NCBI RefSeq assembly: GCF_006345805.1
Contig: NC_043006.1
Location: forward strand, 95,852,001-95,916,000
DNA from: Octopus sinensis
Taxonomy: Eukaryota
Direction of reading: 5' to 3'
DNA: 64,000 nt
The notes beneath the pieces were generated by a model that was not told the origin of the DNA, did no database searches, and saw only the letters and a list, made by a program, of their open reading frames with translations. This document shows positions 28,128 to 41,372 of the stretch, piece by piece (within the stretch, counting starts at the first letter, position 1; every line of letters starts with the position of its first letter). The position numbers and the translations under genes are program-made.

Positions 28128-29331
28128 GCAAGTCATCCCATAAGTTCTGTCTGATTTTACATTTTTACAATTGAATTAAATATTAGAATAGAATTAAAAT
28201 GTCTTTGATTAAAACCATTTCTAACATGGAAATATCCAAAGAGCATTTGAGACACATAATGCTTTATGAGTACAATAAAGGAAACTCTGCAGCCGAAGCG
28301 ACACGAAATATACACTCAGTTTATGGGAAAGAATGCTTGAATGAAAGAACTTGCAGAAGATGGCCTGCAAAATTCAGAAGTGGAGATTTCAGCCTTCAAG
28401 ATGAAGATCAAACAAGACGTCCAGTTGAGTTTGATGATTAGCTCCTTGAGGCATTACTTGAAGAAAATCCTGTATTATCAGTTGAACAATTGGCAATAAA
28501 GCTTAGTTCAAACCATACAACTGTTCATCGTCATATTCCACAACTTGGAAATGTTCCTAAACTTGGAAAATTGGTGCCTCATGAAGTGTCCGAAAGCAAC
28601 CGCAAATCCCGAGTTGGCATCTGCTCTTCTCTCCATTCTGGCGAACTCATTTCACACTATTTGGATAGACTTGTGACTGGTGAAGAAAAATGGATCTTCT
28701 ATTGAAATGTTAAACGTCGTAAACACTGGCTTGGTAAAAGGAAAAAAATTCAACCACAACCAAGAAGGGAACTTCATAGGAAAAAGGTTCTTCTCTCTAT
28801 CTGGTGGGATTGCAAAGGAGTAATTCACTTTGAATTGTTACCACCTAATGCAACAATCAATGCTCAAGTCAAACTGTCAGCAATTAGGGCGTTTAAACCA
28901 AGCTTTGAAGAAAAAGAGACTCGCTTTAGTGAATCGAAAAGGAGTGATGTTTCATCAGGACAAAACACGACCCCACGCTGCAAAGACCACATCACAGAAG
29001 ATCGAAGAGCCTGGTTGGGAAAAAATTCCTCATCGACTTTATTCTCCCGACCTTTCTCCTTCACACTACCATTTGTTTCGTAGTTTATAGAATCATTTGG
29101 GGGACATAACTTCTGCAGGCCTTGAGGAGATCGAAACTGACATTTCAGAGTTCTTCGCTTTGAAACCAAAAGACATTTACATTGATGGGATTAAAAAGTT
29201 TGTAAATAGATGGAAGGAAGTCATAGATAATCAGGGAAGTGCATTGATGATTAAATTTCAATTAAATATAACATTTGATTACTTGTTTTCTTTATTCAAA
29301 ATTCGGACAGAACTTATGGAATGACCTGATA
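28128..29331 (+). mobile_element. Near full-length decayed mariner with TIRs
   Basis: TIRs GTCATCCCATAAGTTCTGTC / GACAGAACTTATGGAATGACC; MEISKEHLRHIMLYEY, LVTGEEKWIFY, FHQDKTRPH, YSPDLSPS. Confidence 0.9.
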
Positions 29332-29335
29332 AATA

Positions 29336-29976
29336 CATGGGTTGGACAAAATAATTGGAATAGTAGAAATTTAACTCCAATATTTCAATGAGCCATTATA
29401 TTGCGAATAGCCATCCAAATTTCATCGTGAGTGCTTTTTTTTGTATTGTAGATGGTTTTATTTATCTAATTTAATGTTTATTTCTATCTTGGTCAAATCG
29501 TTGCCCTAAATGGTAGGATCAACACCAATGATTATCTGAATGTTTTGGGAAATAAGCCTCTTCCCATGGTCCAGACATTATTCCTTGATGGTGAGTGCAT
29601 CGTCCAAGATGGCAATGCTCCAATACACACCTCTCATGTGAATAAGAATTGGTATGAAGTGTATAGTAGTGAGGTACAGCACATGGACTGCCCCTGCTCC
29701 GCCTCAATCTCCAGATCTTGATATTATTGAGCATCTGTGGTGCATCTTGGATCGACAATTTAGAAATCGTTACAATCCTTCGTCGTGTCTGCAACAACTG
29801 GAGAAAGTTTTGCGGGAAGAATGGACCAAGTTTCCTCTCGATGAAGTCAGGAAGCTGTATGAATCAGTTCCAAGAAGCATCGAAGCTATTCAGAGAGCTA
29901 AAGTAGCACCAATTACATATTACATTAATATTCATTGCATTTAACACGTGTTTCAATTATTTTGTCCAACCCCTAA
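29336..29976 (+). mobile_element. Internally deleted Tc1 element
   Basis: TIRs GGGTTGGACAAAATAATTG / CAATTATTTTGTCCAACCC; QDGNAPIH, PPQSPDLDIIEHLW. Confidence 0.85.
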
Positions 29977-29980
29977 ATAT

Positions 29981-30011
<31 letters not shown>

Positions 30012-30112
30012 GAAATGCATCAGATATACATATGTATCTATGCTTGTACGTATTTAAGCATGTATGACTAGGATATACATTTGTTACTTTATAAACATAT
30101 GTGTGTGCATGA

Positions 30113-30159
<47 letters not shown>

Positions 30160-31124
30160 CAGAGGTTGGCCAAAATAATGGAACACCTAGCATCATAGCA
30201 TCATAATTTTCAAATATCTATAAAACCATCAACATCTTGTTAATTTTAAAGATTTTTGGTTTATTATTAGTGTTGCTTAATACGTTTTGCTAAAATTATT
30301 GTTTATATTAAGATATCACCAGAAAAAGGTAATTAAAATTCATTAACATAACAGATCGATCGGACTTTTAAAGAGGTTAAATTGTTGGTGCCTGTATGCC
30401 AGGTGCGTAACGAAGAAGCCGATATATTTGGTGTATGAAGAAGTACTGTTTCGAAAGTAATAACACCCTTTGAAAAAGCGGGAAAGACCTCCTCGTCGAA
30501 ATAAAACTCCGGGCGAAAACCAAAACTTTCAGATAGGGTCTGTCGGACTCTTACGCAAATTGTTAGAAAGGATCACAAAATTATAGCTCCCAAGGGAGGG
30601 CTGTAATCAAAATCCCGTTACTTTCAAAAACAAACGTTGCAAAGCGTTTAGAGTGGAGTAAAAACATACAGAATTGGCCCCTACAGCAGTCGAAGAATGT
30701 TATTTCTTGGAAGAATCACGCTTTATCTTATTTTCGACCACTGGCCGAGTATACGTATGGAGACAACCAAAAGAAGCATTTGAGCCATTCTGCATTCTTC
30801 CAACTGTTAAACATGGAGGAGGATCTGTGATGATCTGGGGAAGCTATATCTTGGAAATCCACCGACTGAGTGGTTTCCATTCATGGTAGAAATAATAGTC
30901 AAGACTTTTTAAGCATTTTATCTGATCAAATTCATCCTGTGGTTGTGGAACTGCTTCCGGAGGGAAACGAAATCTTTCAGATTGATAATTCCCCAGATCT
31001 CAATATTATTGAACATTTATGGGGCATTTTAGAAAAATAAGTAAGGAGTCGATATCCTCCATCATCATCACTACAAGAAATTTGAAATTTTAATGTGTTT
31101 CCATTATTTTGCCTAACCCCTGTA
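30160..31124 (+). mobile_element. Second Tc1 element of the same family
   Basis: TIRs CAGAGGTTGGCCAAAATAATGGAACAC / GTGTTTCCATTATTTTGCCTAACCCCTG; ESRFILF..GRVYVWRQP..PTVKHGGGSVMIWG. Confidence 0.85.
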
Positions 31125-31129
31125 TAATT

Positions 31130-31497
31130 AGGCGCAGGAGTGGTTGTGTGGTAAGTAGCTTGATTACCAACCACTGCATGGCACACTGGGTGATTCTACC
31201 ATAGCCTCAGGCGGACCAAAGCCTTGTGAGTGGAGTTGTTAGACGGAAACTGTATGTGCATGTGTACGTGTGTACGTGTGTGCGTGTATGTGTTTGTGTT
31301 TGTCCTCCCATATTCACTTGACAACCGTTGTTGGTGTATTTATGTCCCTGTACCTTAACGTTCCGGCAAGCGCGAAATATAGAATAAGTACTAGGTTTAC
31401 AAAGAATATGTCCTGGGGTCGACTTGTGCGACTAAATGTGGAGCTACAGCATGGCCGCAGCCAAGTGACTAAAACAAGTAAAAGAACAAAAGAATAT
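31130..31497 (+). mobile_element. SINE family A
   Basis: Head, (TG)n and tail, diverged. Confidence 0.8.
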
Positions 31498-32040
31498 ATA
31501 CATGTGTATCTGGATGATATGTAAAATATATGCATATGTACCTTTGTATTTGATTGAGTTCATCTCCACGCAGGAACAATGAGAACGAGAATAAGATTAT
31601 GAAGCGTCAGTTCGTCAGAGATGCAGATTTAGAAAGCACAAATAAAAATAAGACAAAATTGAGATATCGCCAGGAAATACTTTCGTAGATTTCTCTCTCT
31701 CTCTTACTCATTCTCTCTCTCTTTCTCTCTCTCTCACTCTCAACGGCAAACATTCTATGAATGTTGAACAATGGAGACGCTTCTCCAATCCCAAATATAG
31801 AACAGTTCTGTTTTCTTCAGTTTCATAAATGAGCTGAAGGGCATCCTCAAGAAAAGATATTATGATGCAAAAATATAAAGGACTAAACCAGCTATATTCA
31901 GACCGAACCGCAATAAATCGATATGCACATGCGCACTGGCTCGTACACACACATACATATACACAAACACTGGTATATTTAGGTGTGTATGTTTGTGTCT
32001 GTACACATATATATCTCTCTATATATATACTTATATATAT

Positions 32041-32079
<39 letters not shown>

Positions 32080-32141
32080 TGTACATACATATATATATAC
32101 ATTATATATATATATATATATATGACATATATGACAGATAT

Positions 32142-32198
<57 letters not shown>

Positions 32199-32609
32199 TA
32201 TCTACGTGTGAATTTATGGCTTCCTGGAATGCTAACAAAAATAATATTTGTTCGTTGTTCACAGAATAGGAAATAATATTTTTGATAACAACCTGTATAG
32301 TGAATAGCAAATTCGATAATAAGTATAATGATGAAGATCATGATAATTAAATAAACTGGTTCAAGGAAATTGTTTTTCTTTGGATGTTTACTTTTTCAGA
32401 CTTTTCTTGTCAGCGGAATGTTGACTTATCTCCATACCGAAAGGAATCTCATCTTTCCACATAAAATTTATTTATATTTTAAATGGATGATTTGTATTCA
32501 CCTCATTTACGAGTAAATGGTATACGTACACATACACACACACATAAACACACACACAAGCACACACGAACACACACACACGCACATACTCAAAATACAA
32601 AACACATAA

Positions 32610-32735
32610 ACAGACAAGCATAGAGAGATAGATAGATGGATAGATACATAGATTGATAGATACATAGATAGATAGACAGAGAGAGAGAGAGATAGACAGA
32701 TAGATAGACAGGCATATAGACAGAGACAGACAGAC

Positions 32736-32800
<65 letters not shown>

Positions 32801-32865
32801 TACATAGAGATAGATGGATTGATAGATAGATAGAGAGAGAGAGAGAGACATAGGCACAGACAGAA

Positions 32866-32942
<77 letters not shown>

Positions 32943-32953
32943 CATAGACAGAA

Positions 32954-32992
<39 letters not shown>

Positions 32993-33015
32993 AATAGACA
33001 TAGACAGAGACAGAC

Positions 33016-33099
<84 letters not shown>

Positions 33100-33100
33100 T
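32610..33100. repeat. (GATA)/(GACA)/(GA) compound microsatellite
   Basis: Direct sequence. Confidence 0.95.
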
Positions 33101-33112
33101 TATACATATACA

Positions 33113-33330
33113 TTAGAAGGTGCTGAAATGTTCCTGACATTGGGCAAAAGAAAGTACAGAATGACCAGTTTATTATGATTTTATTCAATATATTCTCCAC
33201 TCAAGGTTTTGAGCGAGCTTTCTGTTTTTCTACGCGTTTGTAATAGAATTAGAAAGGCTAGGCTTCCAGGCAGACCTTTTGCGATAGGAATATTTCAGTA
33301 TTTCCTACGTAAATGTACATATTGGGCAGG
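33113..33330 (-). mobile_element. Possible mariner terminal fragment
   Basis: GAAGGTGCTGAAATGTTCCTG resembles mariner TIRs; no partner end seen. Confidence 0.35.
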
Positions 33331-33562
33331 CACACCATTTTGTAGCACAAATTTCCTTGAACAAGTTCAGAAGCGGCCCCTCATTTGATTGGTCCGTCTT
33401 GCTTCGACTCTGTGACATTTGTCACACCGACGTGTCATCGCTAGGTTTTTGTCTTTTCCTACTTTTTTTTACCACAGAAGCTGCTTTGATAAACCTTCTC
33501 TCTTAATACAGTTTTATAATTAAGAGACGAGGAATTATGTGCATTATTTCCATTATTTACAT

Positions 33563-33720
33563 ATGGGTAGTGGTTAAGAGCGCGGGCTACTAACCCCAAC
33601 ATTCCGAGTTCGATTCCAGTCAGTGAGATGAATAATAATAATAATAATAATAATATAGAAATGTGGAATCTAAAAACAGAAACAATTCCTATTATAATAG
33701 GCGCATTAGGTATGCATATG
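33563..33720 (+). mobile_element. tRNA-like SINE head, (AAT)n, and a short R4/Dong-like RLE fragment
   Basis: GTGGTTAAG..GAGTTCGATTCC; IEMWNLKTETIPIIIGALGM matches the RLE end at 54107-54472. Confidence 0.6.
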
Positions 33721-34380
33721 CAGGTATATATACCATGCATGTGTACATATGTTTACATATACCCACATGCATGCTTATATGCATACCCTCACACGTACAC
33801 ATATACACGTGCATAGGTGTGCGCGCGTACATACGAATATAATCAGATAGTTCTACATGTGAGAAACTACATAGGGATTATGAGTTAGAGTGTAAGTTTA
33901 TAGGTTATAGGGATTACCTAAGAATTATTGCGGAAATGTACTGTATGGTCATTCTGGCATTGGGATTTGTGGTAGAATGTTAATGTGTGATAAAAGTGGT
34001 GGTTGCATGTGCCTCGTTAACCATACAAATACACTCCCTATTTCTAGGTCATTTTAAATACAAACCTTGACTCTGCAACACTGCATACAAATTCCCTACT
34101 GGGAATGACCAGGTTTAAAAATCTTCTGGATCTCACTCAGGAGGGAATCTTACATTGCTTATAAACTCTATATTTGGAAGGACTCATTTTAAATTCTGCT
34201 GGACTTTTGGATTTTACTCAAAGGATATTGGAATATTACACATATATACCATTATGCCTATAAAATGGATTTACAAATTCAATACCCAAACATAACTTAC
34301 ATCTATTTTCTTTCCTCCACCTCACTATCTATTTTGTGTCACATCGAAACTAACTATGACTTAATCTTTCCTCTCACACC

Positions 34381-34433
34381 GTCTCCGATGAAGGGATATA
34401 ATTAATTAATATCCTAGAAACAGCTGTAAGACC
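34381..34433 (+). ncRNA. Hammerhead relic (U4C substitution) in a PLE-like 3' end (~34040-34490)
   Basis: GTCT-CCGATGA-A-GGGATAT(loop)ATATCCT-A-GAAA-CAGCTG-TA-AGAC: perfect stem I, 8-nt palindrome ACAGCTGT, GUA site. Confidence 0.65.
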
Positions 34434-34607
34434 TTCTATCGATAAATGCTCTAATATCTATACAGCCTTGGTTTTTTATCTTATTACGCAAAAAATTATT
34501 ATATATATATATATATGTGTGTGTGTGTATGTATGTATGTATCACTAAAATTGTTGGTGAATATATTATCCTTCACATAGTGAGATGTAAAATACTATAT
34601 TCTTTAC

Positions 34608-34747
34608 TACTACCTAATTTATCGCCCCCGAAAGGATGAAAGGTAAAGTCGACCTCGGTGGAATTTGAACTGAGCACATAAAGACAGACGAAATACCGCT
34701 AAGCACTTCGCCAGGCATGCTAACGTTTCTACCAGCTCAGCACCTTA
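34608..34747 (-). mobile_element. SINE family B
   Basis: Reverse complement of 37987-38130. Confidence 0.85.
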
Positions 34748-34857
34748 TATAAAATATTATATTACAAAAGAAGGAACATGCCTACAGTTTCTATAAAAAG
34801 TATATAAATTGTGTCCATGTTCCTTCTTGTGTTATCTAGCTTTTACTATATATATAT

Positions 34858-35982
34858 TTATTAGATTGTCAAGAAAGTTCTTGCGGTCTTTAGCCTTTAA
34901 ATTCAGATGCACATATCTCGGCACAAACGAAAGTTGATTAATCGAAATGAACACCATCAGAAAGAACACGGTTTTGCCGACACGAATCAAGTTTATTTAT
35001 CCCAGTAGCGTAAAAATCCTGCGTTCTGGTGGTAATGAAGTCGTTGAAGGCATGTTTGGCATCGTCTCGGTTTTTTAACTATTTCTCATGCAGGAAGTTT
35101 TCGAGATGCTTGAAAAAGTAGGCGAGAGGTCTGGTAAGTATGGCGGATGTGGCAGAGTTTCGTAGCCCAATTCGTTTAACTCCTGCAGGGTCAGTTGTGC
35201 GACGTGCGACCGAGCGTTGTCGTGGAGAAGAATTAGTCCGTTTCTATTGACCAATGCTGGCTGTTGTCGTAGTTTCTTTTGCATTTCATCCATTTGCTGA
35301 TAGTACTTCTCCATCGTAATGGTTTCGCCTGGATCCAAAAAGCTGTGATAGATGAGACCGGCCGCAGATCACCTCACAGTAACCATCACCTTCTTTTGGT
35401 GAAACATTGGCTTCAGAAAGTGCCGCGGAGCTTCGTAGGTGTCCAACCACTGAACTGAGCGTCGCCGCTTGTCGTAAGGAATCCACTTTTCATCGCATGT
35501 CACAATCCGGTCGAGAAAAAGGTCGTTCTTGTTGCCTGAAAGAAGGGAAAAAGACACTTCAAAACGGCTTATTTTTTATTTTTGGTTGACGTTCCATTCT
35601 CCTGTACCCATTTCTCGCTTATCATCTTCAAGACTCTCGTCACCGCTACGAAATATCTTGAACCACCATTGTGCTGTACGTTCATAAGTGGTTCCTGGGT
35701 CAAACGCATCGTTGATATAACGAGCTGTTTCAGTAGTTTTTTGGCCTGGCTTGAACTGGTATAAGAAAATTGTGCGAATTTGAATTTTGTCCATGTTATA
35801 TTCAACGTTCCGAAAAATGGCCTAATCATTCAAAAAGAAAAGAGTAAAACGATTAGATAGAGCAAAAATGGGCTTTAAATTGATATATAAAGTCAAAGTA
35901 ATTTAACGAAAATTAATTTGAAAATACATAATTTAAAACCAAAATTTTAAATTCCGCAAAAACTGTCTTGCTAACCTAATAT
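34858..35982 (-). mobile_element. Decayed mariner (Hsmar1/cecropia-like) with internal deletion
   Basis: MDKIQIRTIFLYQF..WWFKIFRSGDESLEDD; FLDRIVTCDEKWI; LLHDNARSH; PHPPYLPDLSPT; TIR-like ends. Confidence 0.9.
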
Positions 35983-35983
35983 A

Positions 35984-36240
35984 TAGGCGCTGGAGTGGCT
36001 GTGTGGTAAGTAGCTTGCTTACCAGCCACATGTCTGACTGCGTGGAACTTTGGACAAGAGACTTTTACTATGGCCTCGGGCCCACCAAAGCCTTGTGAGT
36101 TGATTTGGTAGACGGAAACTGAAAGAAGCCCGTCGTATATATGTACATGGGTGTGCGTTTGTGTGTTTGTGCGTGTGTGTGTTTGCCTCCTCCTAACATA
36201 GCTTGACAACTGATGCGGGTATGTTTATGTCCTCGTAACT
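35984..36240 (+). mobile_element. SINE family A, tail truncated by an insertion
   Basis: Tail stops at CCTCGTAACT. Confidence 0.8.
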
Positions 36241-36336
36241 TATTTATAAATAAGGATACTATCGATATTTAAATATTGATATTATCAAGTGGCCTGCATG
36301 GGCATAAATACCATAAAAAGGTAATAATTTTTTACA

Positions 36337-36602
36337 ACTAAAAATAAGGGTGTCTGAGAGACACCACCATGCCGAAATAGTAGTCAAATCCCTGACTCTA
36401 AAAACCACCTTAACTGTACATATCGCACCATGAGGTAAGACAGAGAGACAAAATAGACTAGCAAGTCTATTTTGACTGCTTGTCTATATTGTCCCTCTGT
36501 CTTACCTCATGGTGCGATATGTACAGTTAAGGTGGTTTTTAGAGTCAGGGATTTGATTGCTATTTCGGCATGGTGGTGTCTCTCGGATACCCTTATTTTT
36601 AG

Positions 36603-36604
<2 letters not shown>
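36337..36604. repeat. Near-perfect ~270-bp palindrome
   Basis: Arms of ~120 bp with about six mismatches; nested central hairpin. Confidence 0.95.
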
Positions 36605-36694
<90 letters not shown>

Positions 36695-36711
36695 ATATAT
36701 ATATATATATC

Positions 36712-36774
<63 letters not shown>

Positions 36775-36777
36775 ATA

Positions 36778-36826
<49 letters not shown>

Positions 36827-37209
36827 GACACACACTAATACACATCATTTGTTTTTTTCTCACCTGTCTTTTGTTTTTTGTTTTTGCATTCTATGTATGT
36901 TTGTGCGTGTGTGTACATGTGTGTGTGAGTGTATGCATGTGTGTGTTTTTTCTTAATGCCATTAGAATTTTATAAAACTTTGTTGGAACAGCAGATCTCG
37001 AAGCAAAGTAATTTATGACGAGAATATTGGGGTTAAAAAAAAAACATTGGATTTTTTTTTAATGCCGAATGCCGGCCACGTTTGTTTGTGTTTCTGTGTC
37101 GCCTTCAAACCACAAATAATATGGGAAGGAAGTGATACTGATTTCCCAGGGACGAACAGGAAATATTGTAGTCGTGATTCATATCGAGCCCTTGTGGGTA
37201 TTAGCGCGC

Positions 37210-37410
37210 GTCTACGATGAGTCTACGATTTAAAAAATAATTTACCATAATTTTTTCCATTTTAATGCATTTTTTCGCTATTATATATGGGAAGTAACTC
37301 TCTAAAAATGTCTACGATGAGTCAACGATTTAAAAAAAAATTACCATCATTTTTTTCCATTTTTAATGCATTTTTTGCTATTTTTTTACTATAACTCTCT
37401 AAAAATGCTT
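37210..37410. repeat. Two tandem copies of a ~100-bp unit
   Basis: GTCTACGATGAGTC.ACGATTTAAAAAA...AACTCTCTAAAAATG repeated. Confidence 0.85.
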
Positions 37411-37986
37411 TATAGTTATATCCCTTATAAACCAGGCGATACTGCCAGTAATATAATAAATGCTTATAAATTTCCGGCACACTGCTTCTGGCATCCAGCT
37501 TGCAATACACGCACAAGTAAAGACACGCGCACGCGCGTGTGTCTGTGTGTTGTATGTGGTTAGATATCTGGATCTCAAATACCATACAACATGAATTCTT
37601 CAATTAGTATTATTCCCTTTGTCCCTGGAGGATGCATCATAATTGCCAAATGGCAATTAAGAGCAGCACCATTTGAGAAAAATATATATTCTCAAAAACC
37701 AAGAATTTTCCAAAGTTGACAAACCATTAAGGAAAAGAAAAACAGGTTTATTTTCTGGAGATAAGAAGAGAGCCATGTCCGCGTGTTTCTACCTCAAAAG
37801 CTGTTTTCAACACAGTTTACCTAATATGTCTCCAGTAACCAAGGAATCTAGACTTATACAAAAGAGAGTAGATCACATTTATGACCCAGGTAATTAGCAT
37901 AATGGTACGTGTGTTCGTGTGTGCGTGTGTGCGTTTGTATGTGTGTATGTGAAGGTGCGTTACTAAACGGTTAGTGTTTTGCACAC

Positions 37987-38219
37987 TAAGGCGGCGAGCT
38001 GGCAGAAACGTTAGCGTGCGGGCGAAATGCTTAGCGGTATTTCGTCTGGCGCAACGTTGTGAGTTCAAATTCCGCTGAGGTCGACTTTGCCTTTCATCCT
38101 TTCGGGGTCGATAAATTAAGTACCAGTTACGCACTGGGGTCGATGTAATCGACTTAGTACCTATATCTGTCCTTGTTTGTCCCCTCTATATTTAGCCCCT
38201 TGTGGGTAATAAAGAAATA
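37987..38219 (+). mobile_element. Full-length SINE family B (MetaSINE-like central domain) with 18-bp target-site duplication
   Basis: GGTTAGTGTTTTGCACAC at 37969-37986 and 38220-38237; central GTCGACTTTGCCTTTCATCCTTTCGGGGTCGATAAATTAAGTACCAG. Confidence 0.9.
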
Positions 38220-38375
38220 GGTTAGTGTTTTGCACACACGATGGCAAGATGTTAAAGATGATTCCCAGACTAACGGCTTAATGTTCCTCAGTAAAGCACT
38301 AAAACATATTCGATATGTATTCAGCCGATATTGATCTATAACTCGATGAAGACCACAACGCATCATTGTCGACTT

Positions 38376-38543
38376 CAGGAGTGGCTGTGTGTTAAGTAGC
38401 TTGCTTACCAACCACATGGTTCCGGGTTCAGTCCCACTGCGTGTCACCTTGAGCAATTGTCTTCTACTATAGCCTCGGGCCATCCAAAGACTTGTGAGTG
38501 AATTTGGTAGACGGAAACTGGGAGAAACCCGTCGTATACATGT

Positions 38544-38581
<38 letters not shown>

Positions 38582-38811
38582 GTGTGTATATGTTTGTGTG
38601 TCTGTGCTTGTCTCCCCCACATTGCTTGACAACCGATGCTGGTGTGTTTACTTTCTCGTAACTTAGCGGGTCGGCAAAATGGACCGATAGAATAAGTACT
38701 AGACTTCCAAAGAATAAGTCATGGGGTCGATTTGCTCGACTAAAGGCGGTGCTGCAGCATGGCTGCTGTGAAATGACTGAAACAAGTAAAAGAGTAAAAG
38801 AGTAAAAGAGA
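38376..38811 (+). mobile_element. SINE family A, complete
   Basis: Head, (TA)n(TG)n, tail ending (AAAAGAGT)3. Confidence 0.9.
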
Positions 38812-40009
38812 ATCTCCAAACTGGAAAATTAAAAAATTGAGCCGGGTGATCCTGTAATGCTTTGAATTCGTAAAGAAATGGTAAACCAATCGAAAACTCT
38901 TTTATTCGAACCTATAAACATTTGTCAATCAACTGTTCTGCAGAGCTCATCTTAGTGAGATTCGATATTTGAACGTAAATCTTTGAAACTGATGCCGTCA
39001 AGAATTTTAACCGATATCAAAATTGTGTCATTCCAGAGAAAACAGTTTAATTTACCAGGGCTATATTTGCAAGTTATATTATTTGAAAGATACCAGTTAG
39101 GGCATATTATTAATTTGCTAATTTGTGCATGTAGTTTTCTGTTGTTGGTCTTATTTTTTAATTAGACCAATTATTGAAACGAGACATGTTTTTATAAAAA
39201 AATAAAACCAGCCTGTAATTTAGAACCATAACATGTATTTAAAACAAAACAATTTTAGAAGCAAGCAAGCAATTACATTTGTTTGAATAGAAAATCGTTC
39301 AGCTGTAGCATGCTATTATAAAATAATGAGAGACATCAAATGAAATAGAATATAGTAGTTTTAACATAATACCATTTATAAAATATACTACATCGTAGTG
39401 TAGTAATCTCGTAAAATTTGCTACTTTTGCTAGCCTTCCAATTGAGCATTCAAATACTATTATTCAGTATCGTATATAGTTATGTTCAACGGTAGTTTCC
39501 AGCCATTTTTACTACTAAAGATTTATTTTTAATAAAATAGGTTTTCCCATAGTCCTCGGGTCTTTGAAATATAGGTCTACATAATGAGACGATTTTATTA
39601 ACTGAAACAAAATCGATTTCCCAGATTCAACTCACAACTGAAACAAGCAAACAAACAAACAAGCATACACACATACATACATACATACATACGTACATAC
39701 ACACACACACACACACATACACACACACACACACATACATATACAAGGGGAAGTCAACAAATATCTGCATATTCGCCAAAACTTTCTTTAGGCTTGCCAC
39801 GCAGCCTTCAGCGCTCGGATGGTACTCCTGCGGTTACGCAACCGTGGTTTGACATTGATCGCTTCCTCTTTCTCTCTTGTGGTACTACATAAACGTATGA
39901 ATCTATTTATGTATATACAAGCATATATGTTCACATATATACACGTATATATATATATTATGTATATATGAATGTACATATCTCTCTCTCCCTCTCTCCC
40001 TCTCTCCCT

Positions 40010-40092
<83 letters not shown>

Positions 40093-40963
40093 GTATATAT
40101 ATATATATACAGAGATTCTGTAGACGTTTTCCTGTATGTTTGTTCTCTCGAGCAGAAATATAACTGAAAATTATATTTCGTCCGACTATTCAACCATTTT
40201 TCTAAGCCATTGCTCTTATATTTTGCACAATAATTCATTTTAAGATGAACACATAGCATCCAATTTTTTAGCTGATTCTATCGACGAAAGTGCTTTACTG
40301 GTATTATATTTTATGGACCCCAGGATGTTGAAATGCAACGCGCGCCTCTGTGGAATATGAACTCGTGCGAAGAAGAACCAGCAAATAGACTTCAAGACGT
40401 TTTTGTCCAGTTCATGTCTTATCTTCAGTAAAATAATAAATATATAGTGTTTTATGTCTCCTAATAGATAATGTATTCTCAATGCAGTTATTCAATTTCG
40501 TTTTCCTCCTAATCTCGCTAGCTTCTACATTTATTTTATTAATTTTAAGCTATAGATTAATATGTCTTTGGCTAATTTATTTAATCCTATTAATTTGTCC
40601 TTATCTTTATATAATTTTCACAACAGACAGGAAGAGCAACAGCGAGGAACAAAGATACTGACTTAATATTAATTTATTTACACGTCTGTATGGCTTGAGT
40701 TTAAAACTTTAACTCTATTCTCTGCGACATATTAAATAGATAGAGACCTTCATCTAAACGTCTTGCAGGCATAGACGCGTGGTAAGCTCGATGGTTTTGT
40801 AACCATCTCGATCTACTCACTAACACACTGCTTGATACATTAGCCAAGCGTATTCTACATTCATTTCGGATTGGCAAATATTTTCGAGAAGGTAGCGCGG
40901 AAGAGGATCGATCCCCGAAGTACGTGAGAAATGAGTTTCTTAACCGGACAACTATACCTGCAT

Positions 40964-41372
40964 TTATTGTTGTATTTAGGAATGGTCATTTTGCCAGTTT
41001 AGCCAATAAAAACACACGCACTATATATTTGGTGGTACTTTGCTTCAGCGTTATTTATTTTTTTACATTAAACTTAATCTTATTTCGGTCAGAGTTCTTT
41101 CGTCACACTTCTGTGACCTCATCAGTGGTCCTTTGCTTTCTTCTTTCTTATTTGTGTGTCTCTCCTTACTAACGGTCAGCCATTTTGTATTTTGTATTTC
41201 TATTGTATGTGTCTTCAAATGCGCATGCGTATACCTCTATGTGTGTCTATTTTTAGTTGGTGTGTATGGGGGCGGGAGTGCCTGTATTATTTGTATATCC
41301 TGTTTATATACGTTCGTGTAATTGGCTAAATTGGTTAAATTGGCAAAATGACCATTCCTAAATACAACAATA
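40964..41372 (-). mobile_element. Pseudo-LTR-like element with short inverted termini and hammerhead (41087-41131)
   Basis: 40964-41006 inverted at 41321-41372; minus strand CTGATGA-G-GTCACA(GAAG)TGTGAC-GAAA-GAAC-TC. Confidence 0.65.

Noticed and set aside
28199-29090. Active transposase in any mariner or Tc1 copy
   Set aside because: All copies have stops, frameshifts or deletions, and several have altered catalytic motifs
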